Below are positions 1-14,200 of a stretch of 64,000 nucleotides of DNA, in pieces; the first letter of the stretch is position 1; each line of letters starts with the position of its first letter. Below the pieces are notes generated by a model. The model was given only the letters and a program-made list of their open reading frames with translations. It was not told the origin of the DNA and ran no database searches. The DNA is taken from the NCBI RefSeq assembly GCF_022045235.1, contig NW_027266275.1, positions 54,374,001 through 54,438,000 on the forward strand, in the 5' to 3' direction. A program made the position numbers and the translations under genes. This stretch comes from Haliotis cracherodii. Taxonomy: Eukaryota.

Positions 1-1441
1 TTTTTAATCACAGCCTTACTATAAAGATAGATATTGTACGGTAGCAAAGCATTCCGTTACACATTTCTATGTCTGTCTGTGTGGTATTCCAGTATCCATG
101 CATGGGTGACTGGTCAGACAGCGCCAAGTGACAAGCAGTCTCACGACATATTGAACCTCCAGCTCATTTCTACCTGTTTTTGTCAGTCTGTGATGTGAAT
201 GGATTGTCTTGTGTGTTAGCTGCACAGTCTGTAGTGTTCAGTGAGAGGGGCACCTGCCCTCACTCCTCCCCGGCCTGTTACAATGGGGCTTGGTGCAATC
301 TGTGCCAGATTAATGTTGGCTTTTGTGGATTTTCTCAGAAGCTGGCAATCATATGACAGGTACATTGTAGAATTTATACTGTAAGAACATGTATTTTGAA
401 AATACAATTTGTATTTTATGACTACAGTTTTGTAAAGTGGAACGTCCTGTCATACATGCGGGTGAATGTTACAGTGGCTAAATGTCCTGTGGCTGGCTAA
501 CTCGACACGTGTCCTTCATTTCAATGCATGTGATAGGGTAATGTAAGTCTCATGTGTATTATTTATGGCTGAAAGTATGTCTTTTATGGTCAAACAGGAC
601 ATTGGGCTCTCTATAGCAATGTAATCTCATAGACAAATTTAGCCTTTCTGTAATTCAAATCCTAGGATCTAGCTGAACCTTTCGTATATGCCAAATATGG
701 TAATGAGGTTCACATACAAGGTTTTTGAGAAAGTCTACGATACAATGCTGACCTGTTAAATAACCAGCCAGCTGACATTACAGCTCATTTGTGATGGGCA
801 ACTTGAACAGGACCTTGTCCATTAGCCTTTGATGTAAGAAGGTGAGTTATTTTTATTAGCATTCATCCTGCTTATCATTGGCATTCACATGAAGGCAGCT
901 GGGAAAATTGAGAAAGAAGGAAGACACCTGTCCTCCAAAATATGAATGTGCCTGCTACTCTTGTGTGAGGACAGAGGAGGGAATTAAAGCAAGCCTTGGA
1001 ATAGAACAACTTATTTCTCTGTTTGATATGGGTTCATCGTTATTCCAAGGTAGCAGTGTTTTTTAGGACGATGGCAATGGTTGGGGAGGAGTTTACTTGA
1101 GAGGGCATGTGTTATCTTTCATAAAAAAGGGCACCTGTTACCATGCTCACGGAGCACATGCAACTTTGCTCACTCACACCTGTAGCTTATACACACAATA
1201 AAATGTTTCCACTGTCACAGTTCTGCTGTTTTCTTTATCATTCCATAGGATACCTTTGCAGTTGTGGTAGTTTGTGCTTTTTTATTTATTTATTTGTTTA
1301 CACATTATCTTAGTGATCACGTGATTCTTAATCAAGGAATTGGTGGATGGGCATCATATCATGGGTGGCCCTCTTGTCCAAGTTATGCCAGATACATCTG
1401 AGACATGCATCACTTCAGGTTTTACTTTCATATGAAGCTGT

Positions 1442-1680
1442 GACCTGTGAAGATCCGGGTTAGAATATGTCTTCAGTAACCCATTCTTGTCGTAAGAGGT
1501 GACTAACAGGATTGGGTGGTCAGACTCGCTGACTTGCTTGATGCATGTCATAATATCCCATTTGTTTAGATCCATGCTCATGATGTCAATCACTGAATTG
1601 TCTTGTCCAGACTCGATTATTTACAGACCGCCGTCATATAGCTGGAATATTGCTGAGTGCGGCGTTAAACAACAAACAAA
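1442..1680 (+). mobile_element. SINE-like family B (structured non-tRNA head, (AAAC)n tail), representative copy
   Basis: This copy starts gacctgtgaagatccgggttagaata...gtcgtaagaggtgactaacagg and ends gctggaatattgctgagtgcggcgttaaacaacaaac. Other copies: 6066-6257(-), 12820-13030(-), 13380-13620(-), 14352-14571(-), 28245-28490(+), 40590-40780(-), 43212-43405(+), 45168-45400(-), 49296-49558(-), 51690-51948(-), 53689-53940(+), 53944-54020(-), 55985-56207(-), 63825-63941(-). Confidence 0.9.
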
Positions 1681-1974
1681 TTATATGAAGCTGAAATTCA
1701 CTCCTACTAAAAGTCCTGCCATAGGCTAATGTGCAGTTATAAGCTTCTTTCTTAATCATGACTGATGTCATACTTCGCATCACAGTGAGAGTGAAATATC
1801 ATAATAGTGATATATGGTATAAAACTAAACTTTGCAAGGCTTAATAAACCCCCACAAGCTGTGCCACTCTTAGGTGCAAGTAAAAGATAAAACTGTAAAG
1901 ACAAAGAAAGTACAGAAGTAATCAATGAATGTGCTTTATTTTCTGTACATGGAACCATGATAATAGTGATTCTT

Positions 1975-2252
1975 GTGATGCATCTCTGCTGGTCACTGAA
2001 TGGTCAGCAGTGACCACACCCTCCTTGTCATGCACTCTCTGCTGGTCACTGAATGTACTTGTGATGCACTCTCTGCTGGTCACTGAATGGTCACTGAATG
2101 GTCAGCACTGACCACACCCTCCTTGTGATGCCAACCCTACTGGTCACTGAAAGGTCAGCACTGACCACACCCTCCTTGTGATGCCAACTCTGCTGATCAC
2201 TGTATGGTCAGCACTGACCAAACCCTCCTTGTGATGCCCAATCTGCTGGTCA
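1975..2252. repeat. Degenerate tandem repeat (~53-bp unit) in the REXO5 3' UTR
   Basis: Recurring ggtcagcactgaccacaccctccttgtgatgc...ctgctggtcactgaat units, about 5 copies. Confidence 0.85.
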
Positions 2253-2299
2253 ACTATAGTCTCAGACAGAATGGATTATGTGATACACTGGTGTAAGTG

Positions 2300-5200
2300 T
2301 CATGTGATCTTTAGAAGGACACCTGCATTGTGAATCACCTTGTTACTTGGTTGCCCTGACAACACCACACACAACAATGACTTTGGTCGAACCTTCTTTG
2401 CAATCCTCTTCACTCTTTTGTCTATTCGCTTCATATATCTCTGAAATACATGAATTTCAAACTGATGACAAGAGGAACATTTACACATTGGGTGTGTCAA
2501 TAAATGGAAGTGAGATGAATTGGGGTTACACCTCACGTTCAAGATTACTTCTCTTGTACAGGGGGGCACAGATGGCCCAGTTGTCTAAGGCACCACAATT
2601 CACTGTGCAGAGTTGCGTCCCTTGGGCATGCCAGAACCCTATGATTGTGGGTTTGAAACCGGTTCACCACGATTATTTTTCTAGGTATGTCAGCACCAGA
2701 CCCCTGCTTGTGAGTTTCACCGAAGGGGTAAACATCTAAGACCTGCATCACTTCGGGCTTTCCTCCCACATTGAGCTGATGCATGGTGATATAACTGTGG
2801 CGTTAAACACAGCTCACTCATGTATACAGTGATGTGTATGCATGTGTAGTTGCTAATACTAATCTGGACTTATGTCAGTCTTTTAGTGCTAGGCCACTGA
2901 GATACCATGCCGCAGTTTAACATGGCTACCCCTCTCGGATGCTTTATACTGACTGAGCCGGAAGGCCTTGTCGCTCCGATGTGACCCGTAATGGAATGTC
3001 CTCAGATCTTTGTTTAGCAATAGCGAGAACTCAGATCTGATTTTAATGAGATTATATATTTTGTTTTGTTTTGTCATGGTAGAATTTAGATAATCATTCT
3101 GTGTTTTCAATATAGAACTAGGTTACCTGTAGATTTAACAGCGCTAAATTTACATTTGAAACCTCAAGCTGCATGTTCAGTTCCAAATTCAATTTAGCAT
3201 GGGTAAATCTACAGGTAACCTAGGTCTACATTGAAAACACAGTAAGTTTATCTCCTAAATGAGTGAGTGAGTGAGTATGGTGTTACACCACTTTTAGCAA
3301 TATTCCAGCAATATCACGGCGGGGGACACAGGAAATGGGCTTCACACATTGTACCCATGTCGGGAATCGAACCCGGGTCTGTGGCGTGACAAGCGTAAGC
3401 TTTAACCACAAGGCTACCCAACTGCCCCAGTATCTCCTAAGTAACTAAATGATACTGAATGTTTTTAATGTTCTAGTGCTTCTAACCTTAATCAAGTCCT
3501 CGTCTTCCTTTTCCCCTTCTTCTCTCAACATGGACTCCTCTTTCTCTTCATCAGAATCACCAGTTTTTCTCACAGATGCTGCTGTCTCTTTCTCCTCCCT
3601 TGACTCTGCTGTTACCTTTTCCTCCCCTGTGTTGGCAGTGTTACTTTTCGTCCTCTGATTCAGAGCATGCAGCTGCACCCACACAAAGTCCTGCTTCTGC
3701 ACCGCCTGCGCTGCAACCTCAGTCCTGGCTTTGTCTGATGACCCGACGGTGCAACAAACAGACAAGTGTGATGGTAGCGTGTCCGCCTTGTCAATAACTG
3801 CAGCTGTAAACACCAACACAGATATGTCAGACTACACTGTGCACCATAATTTAAAGTCTTCATATCATTTTCCCATTTGTCAGTTGTGTATGGATAGAAT
3901 GGAGTTATTGACGATGTTGAAATCACAAAAAAATACAAATATTAGAAACAATGGTTTGCCTAGTGAAGCTGATACTTGGCCAGCATAGTTTTACTAATTA
4001 TGACACAATTCTTTTTTAAAATTTGTGGATCCATTTCTTGGGATAAAATTATGATTTATATTTAAAAGAAATGTATGGAAAATTTTCGTTCCATCCTTCT
4101 TTCTCAGATTAGCCAAAACCATAGCTGAACAGATTAGCTAAAAGATGAGCTTAACAAATCAAAAGTTACTAAGCAACTTAGTCCAGTTTAGACACTGGTC
4201 CAGATTAGTGAGATTTTAGCAGGAGTTGTTACCAATGAACATACAAGACTGAATTCAATATTTACTTCCAATTGTACAAGAGTCAGTTCCCTGTATCTAT
4301 GATGTCTATAAAATGTTTATAAAACTGATGTAATTCAATCGGGACCATAAATTGGGTCTGGTTTCCAAAGAGAATTAGTCAGGTTTTAATAGATCCCATA
4401 CTTAACATTGATGCATGTGTGATATTTGGCCTTCTCTCCTAATTTGCATCTCACCATATCCTAAATTGTTAGTCTGAACCGTTTATTTAGCACCTGTTGC
4501 AATGATGCTGATGAATTATGATCATGACGATCGTGATAAGGACAAATACAAAATGGCTACCCATTTCAGCCACATTAAAAAATCCACTTTGTCAGCCATA
4601 GTTAGAGGCACAGAAATAAAAGTTGATATGTTGGCAAAATGTATATGTAACAGTACACCGAACACTTTAAGAGTTAACTAAAATGGCACAAATGAAGCAG
4701 GGATCAATTTGGGGAACTCTAACCTATTCAAGGTGGATGTTGACATGATAACCTAGTTGCACCAGGAAAAACCAGGTAACACCCTGGTCCCATGAATATA
4801 TCAAGTTGAAACACGGATGCATACACTAGTCTAAATAAGTAAAATCTCAGAAATTGTGTCATGATTTTACATAACTTAATGGTGTATTGCTGTAAAACAT
4901 ACAATGATCATGTGCACATCATCTTGAAGTACCAACAGTGTGATGACGTCAAGCCCAAGAAAGCATGATAATTACACCTAACACAGGGATCAGTGATGTA
5001 GTACATAAAGCTTAGAGGTAGTGGGTGTTCGTGGATTGTTGTTGTGTGGAAAAGTCAGACACAAATTTGAATTTTTTTTACATGCACTTGATGCATGAAG
5101 ACATAAATATCAGGTTGCACTTTTCAAAAATAGACTGCACTGGTGCATGTTTCATATAGCTAAATCAATCCCTGTGAAGTATCACAATATGTTTCATATC

Positions 5201-8200
5201 ATGACTTGAGTATCATGATATGCACTGATTCATGGTGTAAGGGTAGGATCACACTACTCTCCTGTAGTTTTCCTCTGTGAGTCACAACCTACCTGCCTTC
5301 TTCTCTGTCACCATGAGTGAGTGAGTGAGTTGGGTTTAATGCCGCTTTTAACAGTATTCCAGTTATATGTGGAAGAAAAGCCCGAGGTGATGCAGGTCTC
5401 AGACATTTACGACTTCGGTGAAACCCACGAGCACAGGTATGGTGCTGACAAACCTAGAAACATAATCGGGATTTGAACCCACAATCATAGGGATGCAACT
5501 CTGCACAGCGAATCGCGGCGCCTTAGATGACTGGGCCACCCGTGCCCCCTCTGTCGACATGAGAGTCAGTAGACTGTGATAGCAGGACTTATTCTGTTGG
5601 AAGAACAACATACCTGTCTTCTTCTCTGTTGCCATGAGAGCCAGTAGACTGTTATAGCAGGACTTATTCTGTTGGAAGAACAGGCGCCTCTTGTCCATCA
5701 CCTGGGTGGCTGTCTCCCCCTTCCCGGTCACACCCTCAACCACACCCTTGGTGCAGCACTCAGACGAGGGATCCAGGTCTACCACAGACCGAGTTGCATC
5801 CCCGAAATCCAAACCTGCCATCAGTGTACTCATATTTTAAAAGTGAACTATACTTCAAGTCATCTGTGTTGATTTAGCATCATGCTCAGCAAAGATGTTT
5901 TGTATTTATTCTATAGTCATATGTATATGTTGTTGAAATGATTGTGTGCCTGAGTGTAAATAAAAGTTCAATTTAGGCAATAAGCTTTATCCTTCATTGG
6001 ACTGTTAGACTTTTACAAAATTCCTTTTTTTTCCTTAACTAAGCGTTGGGGTATTGGGGTGTTGGGTTTGTTGGTTTGTTGTTTAATGCCGCACTCAGCA
6101 ATATTCCAGCTATATGACGGCGGTCTGTAAATAATCGAGTCTGGACCAGACAATCCAGTGATTAATATCATGAGCATCGATCCATGCAATTGGGATCAAT
6201 GACATGCATCAACCAAGTCAGCGAGCCTGACCACCTGATCCTGTTGTCGCCTCTTACTTGGGGTGTTGGGATTTGGGGAGACAATCATTGGCAGTATTTG
6301 ATGTTCATAAACTACAGCGTTTGTTTGCTGATATAAATTGTATGATGCACAGTGGAATAACAGTTAATGACTACCCTCACATACAGACACATGCAGGCAC
6401 TGGGTACTGGTACTCATTGCAATGTCTGGACCTGAACTAAACATGGGCAACAGTCCTTGGATCATTGCCCCGTTTGAGGTTTTACTGATTATCAGATGAA
6501 ACTTTTGGTCCTTGTGACATGCACCTCAGAACAGATGCTCATATTACTTTCAACTTGAAACAATTCTGACCTTTGTGCAGCTTCAGCTGAACGAGTTCCA
6601 TGGCTGCACGGGCGTCCTCCACTGGACTGTGACCTGCCGACCCTGTCTGAATGTCCTGTCTGAACAATACAGGGTCCACACATCAGAAATATTTTACTAA
6701 ACAGATGTTCAAATCTGAATTTGTGCAGTTTCTTTCATAGATATCATTAATATATTCATGTAAACAAAATTTCACTTTATAGATGTTAAAATGCAATATC
6801 AACTAGATAAACAAGGGTATATGGTGGCCAAAGGTCATAGCAGGGCAAAATATAAAAATCAACGAAAAATCAGAATGTTATTCTGCCTACCATATACTTA
6901 TTCCTACTTTTTTATATGCATGTGATATATTCAATATGGCAGCCATGGGGGCCATGTTTGAAATCAGATCAGAATTCTGACATCATTATGTAATCCTCAG
7001 AGAAATATTATCCTTTGTTTCTCATAATTAATGATTTACTTGATAATAATAAAATATTTTTCAGAGAAAAGAATCAGAATTTGTTAATGAGTAGCCATCC
7101 TGTTTCATTCACAATATCATTTGAATAATTGCTGGTTGTGTTCTGTCATCAAACATTATTCAGCCTTACAAACCTTACATTCATCCATCAGCCATCACCC
7201 ATATACGATGCTATGCAGTGTGGTAGTGACATATGTCTGTTTTAAGTAAGCTAATGAAATGAGGCCGTTTATAGCTCATGGGCCTCAAATTAACCCTACT
7301 CCTTGCATAAACATGGAAGGATTCACACAATGTGTAGAGCAGACAGTGACAAGGCACGATGTACCAGTTGCACATGTTGTCAAGCGAGAAACATCAACGT
7401 TTGTTGGAGTGAGTGAATGAGTCAGTTGGGTTTAACGCCGCTTTTAACAGTATTCCAGTTATATCAGCTTAATGTAGGAGGAAAGCCCGGAGTGATGCAG
7501 GTCTCAGACGTTTACCACTTCGGTGAAACCCACGAGCATGGGTATGGTGCTGACAAACCCACAATCATGGGACGCAACTCTGCACAGTGAATCACGGTGC
7601 CTTAAACGACTGGGCTATCCGTGCCTCCCCCGATGTAATCAGAGCGCTCATTGGTCAGAGCAATCGCTGCAACCAGGCCATGGCTTAATTAAAAATTGCA
7701 ACTACACTGGAAAGTAATTGTATATATAAGACATATTGACGATGGGGACATATAAGTTAGCTACGCCATAAATCACAAAGAACAATGAAGAACAAAGCAT
7801 GGTTTATTTCACAATAAAACATTGTTCTATCATGCCGTCATTTCTGATGATTGGAACAAGCACTCACAACTTGATGACATCGTATATTGGACGTACATTT
7901 GAGAGGGGAGTGTCTAGTGAGTTGTTCCCCATAGATGTAGCTGGCCAATGCAGACAAACATGATGGCCGAACAATCGCATCCAAACGAGACATGACAATC
8001 TTCATTGGGAGAAAATGTACAGGATATCGACGTGAGGATTGTGAGAATATGCGGTAAATACCCACCTGCGCACGAAATTGACTTGTCCGACATTGCTGAG
8101 GTCGGATTGTATAGAGGGAGTCATCATTATTAAAATACAGGTTAAAATTTTTAAAGCTTGTACATTTCATCATCATCTTTAAAGAGGCTGTATGTAATGT

Positions 8201-11200
8201 TAATACCTCATATAAGAAATAAACGACTCATGGTTGCTGTTTATCATACAATTAAACACGGCAGAGAGAATAAATGACCCAGGGCTGAACCCCTCATGGT
8301 TTATTCTCCCTGCAGTGTTTTCTTCTTCAATAAACCACGACCATGAGTTGTTTATTTCTTAATGATGCAACATGGGTTGATGGTACTGAACATACTTGAG
8401 GAACTGAGCTGTGAGGGCCTTGAGCCCAGTCTTCTTCCACCTGATGCCAGACATGTTGTAGATGACGCTCGTGTCGATCACATAGGGGTGGAACAACTGT
8501 AACATGAACCATGGAGACTTGTGTCAGTGGCAGTCAGACAGACAGCAAATCAATAAATGTATGGAATGGTTTCATGAGTGAGTAAGTTGGGTTTAACGCC
8601 GCTTTTAACAGTATTCCAGTCATATCACGGCGTGTCAGCTTAATGTAGGAGGAAAGCCTGAGATGATGCAGGTCTGAGACGTTTACCACTTCGGTGAAAC
8701 CCATGAGCATGGGTATGGTGCTGACAAACCTAGAAACATATTCGGGGTGGACTGGGATTCATACCCACAATCATAGGTTTCTGCACAGCCAAATTGCGGC
8801 CCCTTAGACGACCGGGCCCCCCGTGCCCCCTCATGGACAGATTCAATAAGTGATAACCTCCTGTGGGTATGTTCATAAAGTTGATAAACATGGCAACAAG
8901 ACTTTCCTTACCTGAAGGTACTCTATGGGGATGATAATCTAATACATACAATAATAAATGGCTGGTCCCTAAAAACAAGCATGTGGATCTATTTTGCAAC
9001 AAATATGAGGTATGTGGATACTACCCTCACTCTGGAGTGAGTTTAGTTTAAGGTCACTTTGAACAGTGTTACAGTCAAATCACAGCATGTCAGCTTGTTG
9101 GGAGGAAAGTCTGAAGTGATACATGTCTTAGACGCTTACCACTTTGACAAAACCCCATGCACAGGTACCGCAATTACAGACCTAGAAACATAATTGTGGT
9201 GCTCTGGGATTTGAAGCCAAGATCATAGGTTTCTGGCATGCATAAGGGACCATTCATATATTATTGGGGGAGGTCAGAGGGAATATGGGGAGGGTCACCA
9301 AAAAATATGACTGTCTAATACACATATTTGGGGGAAAATGAACATTCTACGATAAAATATAAAGTGCTTTTGGGTCAGCGGAAAAAAAGGTACAAGGACA
9401 GCATGGACAGGGGGGGGGGGGGGGTCATCCGAAAATATGACAAGGATTAGTAGAGGGTTATTCTTTTCAGTACTTCAGTGCGTCAGAAAACTGACCCACC
9501 CCACACTGTAATAAATGGCCGTTCCCTAAGGGACTAACAGCCAATTGTGAGCCTCCACCTGGGCCAGTTGTGCTACCTGTTGTCATGGTGAGCTCTCCAG
9601 GGTAAGGCATACCTTGAGTGCAAGAAGATCCCCGTTGAGAGACTGACCCACCCAGATGGCGTCTGAGGGCAGGAGTCTCTTCAAGTGTTTTTGTACATCC
9701 TTCAGACGAGTCTTCACTGGAAGCAACATCGTCTTCGTGATGCCACTGTATCTGAACACACAGCACAGGAAGCTGTTACTATGTGACTGGCAATACATCA
9801 TTGAGATTTCATTTGTGATTCTTTCTTTCACACATGCAATTTCTTTCACCAACCTGTGTAATGGTTTATTCATGTGGCACCTATAACTATAAGACAGATC
9901 CTGGCTTCAGTTAGTTATCAAGTGTAACATTAATACCGTATTCGACGTAATAAGAGCCCCACTCTAATAAACGCCCATGGCGATATTTGCTAATATATTG
10001 GCTAGTGAACAATCCAAATTAGCACCCCTTCTGATTGATTAATGTACACAAGACTGTATAATACCTGTGTTATATGCATCCTTAATTATGGGAAATTAAA
10101 TTCTGGAAAAATATATCTGTCGTATATAAACATTTCAGGCTGTCAGCATAAACCACAAAATTTACAATCTTTCAACTCTGATGTTTTTCACCGAAATAAT
10201 ATTCTAATAAAAGCCCCCTATTTCTAATTTTGAGAGTGCCCTGGGTGCTTATTATGTCGAATACAGTACATGTTTTCCAGGACAGATAAAGAAATATCTC
10301 AAGTGTCCCTGGGAGATCAAACGGATAAACATTTTTAAAAAAAGCATCAGATTAATCAATTCTCCTACCAATGAACTTGTCAAATACCCTGGTGTGATTT
10401 GCTGAAACTGGCAAAACTATGTGGGCTGTTTTTCTTGTCAGATGCTTACTGTGTGAGGTAGTTTGTGATCCTGTTGTATGGTTTGACCAACGTGTCATAC
10501 ACAGTCTCTAACTTCTCGTTGACCACCGACACTCTCGTCAACTCATTCTCCTGGGCTGACGTGAGACACTGAAAGTCACAAGATACTATCTCATCTCTGC
10601 GCACAAATCTCTACTTGAGCCCAAGTGTTGGAATCAAAAGCTGGTCAAACAAACATACAAATTATTCTTCTTCTTTAAAACCAGAGATTATCAGTAAAAT
10701 TATGGTTTTGTTTGAAATAATAATCAATGAACCAAGAAAGAGACCTAAACTACAAAAATGTTTGCACACTGTATCTTAACCTCAGACCGGAACTGCTCAG
10801 TCTTACCATTTCACAATCTATAGCAAAGAGTGGACTTTTCTTTGACACAGATTTGTAACTGTTACAGCTGAACTTGAAATCCTTGTAGCGATCTGAAACT
10901 CCAAATGTGTGGAATATATTCTTTATTCAACCTCGTGGGGGAAAGTGAAATAACACCACAATGAAAAGATTTTCAGTTATACTATACTACTGCAATGGTC
11001 AGAATGTCTGCAAATGTGACTATACTACTGAGATACTTCTGCAATGGTCAGAATGTCTGCAAATGTGACTATACTACTGAGATACTACTGCAATGGTCAA
11101 AATGCCTGCAAATGTGACTATACTACTGAGATACTACTGCAAAGGTCAAAATGCCTGCAAATGTGACTATACTACTGAGATACTACTGCAATGGTCACAA

Positions 11201-14200
11201 TGTCTGTAGATATGACTATATTACTGACATACTACTGCAATGGTCAAAATGCCTGCAAATGTGACTATACTACTGAGATACTACTGCAAAGGTCAAAATG
11301 CCTGCAAATGTGACTATACTACTGAGATACTACTGCAAAGGTCAAAATGCCTGCTAATGTGACTATACTACTGAGATACTACTGCAAAGGTCAAAATGCC
11401 TGCAAATGTGACTATACTACTGAGATACGACTGCAAAGGTCAAAATGCCTGCAAATGTGACTATACTACTGAGATACGACTCCAATGGTCACAATTCCTA
11501 CAAATGTGACTATACTACTGAGATACGACTGCAATGGTCACAATTCCTACAAATGTGACTATACTACTGAGATACTACTGCAAAGGTCAAAATGCCTGCA
11601 AATGTGACTTTACTACTGAGATACGACTCCAATGGTCACAATTCCTACAAATGTGACTATACTACTGACATACTACTGCAATGGTCAAAATGCCTGCAAA
11701 TGTGACTATACTACTGAGATACTACTGCAAAGGTCAAAATGCCTGCAAATGTGACTATACTACTGAGATACTACTGCAAAGGTCAAAATGCCTGCTAATG
11801 TGACTATACTACTGAGATACTACTGCAAAGGTCAAAATGCCTGCAAATGTGACTATACTACTGAGATACGACTGCAAAGGTCAAAATGCCTGCAAATGTG
11901 ACTATACTACTGAGATACGACTCCAATGGTCACAATTCCTACAAATGTGACTATACTACTGAGATACGACTGCAATGGTCACAATTCCTACAAATGTGAC
12001 TATACTACTGAGATACTACTGCAAAGGTCAAAATGCCTGCAAATGTGACTTTACTACTGAGATACGACTCCAATGGTCACAATTCCTACAAATGTGACTA
12101 TACTACTGTCATTCTACTACAATGGACAACACGTAGGCTGCAGTCCCCCACCTTTCAGTGTGTCTACTGGCATGGGGTAGCCATCCTGCATCATCTGCAT
12201 GGGGTTGAGGAGCAGGTGGGTCCTGTCGAAGTCAGACGCCGGCGCTGGGATGCCTGCAACGGTGATGCCCAGAGACTGCTGTAGCCGCAACTGGGAATTG
12301 TGCACCTCATCAATCTGATTCTTCAATTTAATTCTTCCTTCCTGGTCACTCACTAAAGGTCAAGAGGAAACATTTACCAAATTCAAAATATTAAAAGGAA
12401 CTTCTTTTTTCGGCAAGAAATATAAAGTAATTATAAACTATAACCATATGTGGTAATCAACAGTAATTAATGAAAGAATCATGTTTGTATGATGTCATCG
12501 TCAGGCAAACAATGGGTGGGTAACTGGACATGCCATGATGCACAGGCAATGGGTGAGTGAGTGACTTTGGTTTAACGCCGCTTTTAACACCGCTTTTAAC
12601 AGTATTCCAGTTATATCAGGGCATGTCAGGTTAATGTGGGAGGAAAGCCCAAAGTGATGCAGGTCTCAGATGTTTACCACTTCGGTGAAACCCACGAGCA
12701 CGGGTATGGTGCTGACAAACTTAGAAACATAATTGGGGCGAACCACATGTAATGATGAGGCAGACCACCCATGCTGACCACATCAGTCTAGTTTTAGAGC
12801 TTGTGTTTTGTTTTTAATGTTAAACGCCACACGCAGCAAAAAACAGCCTGTAAATGTCTGAGTCTGGACAAGACAGACTAGTGGTTGATGTAATGAGTAA
12901 TGTCCCACGCAATCAGGGTACGAAGACACGCAATCAGCCAATCACACAACCTGACCACCAGATTCAGGAACCTTGTATGACAAGCATAGGCTAGAAGGGA
13001 CTTATTTTAACCCAGAATTCCAAAGGGGCGCATTTTAGTATGCTCTGATGACAAGGATGAGATACATGAGGCCTATTCAGCCCCACAGGCCTAAATCAGG
13101 ATATAAAAATAACACGATGTAAAGTACCACCAACTCACTGGCTTTAACCTTCATGGTGGCTTTGCTGACAGGCACGTGGAACACGTCCTCCATTACTGAG
13201 CCGCCATATTGATAAGGGGAGATCATCTCGGTAAACTGAGAAGCAGAATGCAAATCAAAGATGTAATTAAGCAGTTAATGTTTCTATGACTAGGCTACTA
13301 TTAACATAAAATCTAATAACTAATATTCCACTAAGAGTAAGGAAAAATGTACATCTTGAAGGTAAATGGTGTCAAAGGGTTGGTTGATTTGTTGTTTAAC
13401 GCTGCACTCAGCAATATTCCAGCTATATGACAGTGATCTGTAAATATACCAGTCTGGACCAGACAATCCAGTGATTGATATTATGAGCATTGATCCACGC
13501 AATTGGGATTGATGACATGCATCAACCAAGTCAGCGAGCATGACCCTCTGATCGCCTTTTACGACAAGCTTAGTCGCCTTTTACTGCAAGCATTGTTGAA
13601 GACCTATTCTACCCCGGATCTACCCCGGCCAAAGGGAGGTAACACGTGTTTCGTATGATTAACTTGTCCACAACAGAATCCAAAGGAACCCTGAAGTGAA
13701 TGAATGAATGAATGAATGAATGAATGAAAAGTATTCAGCAATATCAAAACGTGTCAACTTGATGTTGGAGGAAAGCCTGAAGTGATGCAGGTCTTAAACA
13801 TTTAAAACTCTGGTGAAACACGTACATGTATGGTGCTGACTACCTAGAAACATATTCAGGGTGAATCTAATCAGATCTATACTCCCAATCATAGGTTTCT
13901 GAAACACATAAGGGATGCAACTCTGCACAGTGAATTCCTCTGCATAAAACAACTGGCTCACCCATGCTACCCTAACGCATCCAGAAGTTCAGTGTCTTAT
14001 ATCTAAATTGTTAGTAGCTTGAAGAATAACATTAGTCCACAATGAGTGAGTGAGTTGGGTTAAACGCCGCTTTTAACAGTTTTCCAGTTATATTGCGGCT
14101 TGTCAGCTTTAATGTGGGGGGAAAGCCCAAAGTGATGCAGGTCTCAGACATTTACCACTTTGATGAAACCCACGAGAATGGGTATGGTGTTGACAAACCT

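Noticed and set aside
1-1210. Possible 3' UTR of an upstream plus-strand gene (AATAAA at 1197-1202 followed by T/GT-rich sequence)
   Set aside because: No coding exon is visible in the window to anchor it.
10981-12120. Regular repeat array that superficially resembles a CRISPR array
   Set aside because: The units are contiguous with no unique spacers, there are no cas genes, and the context is a eukaryotic intron.
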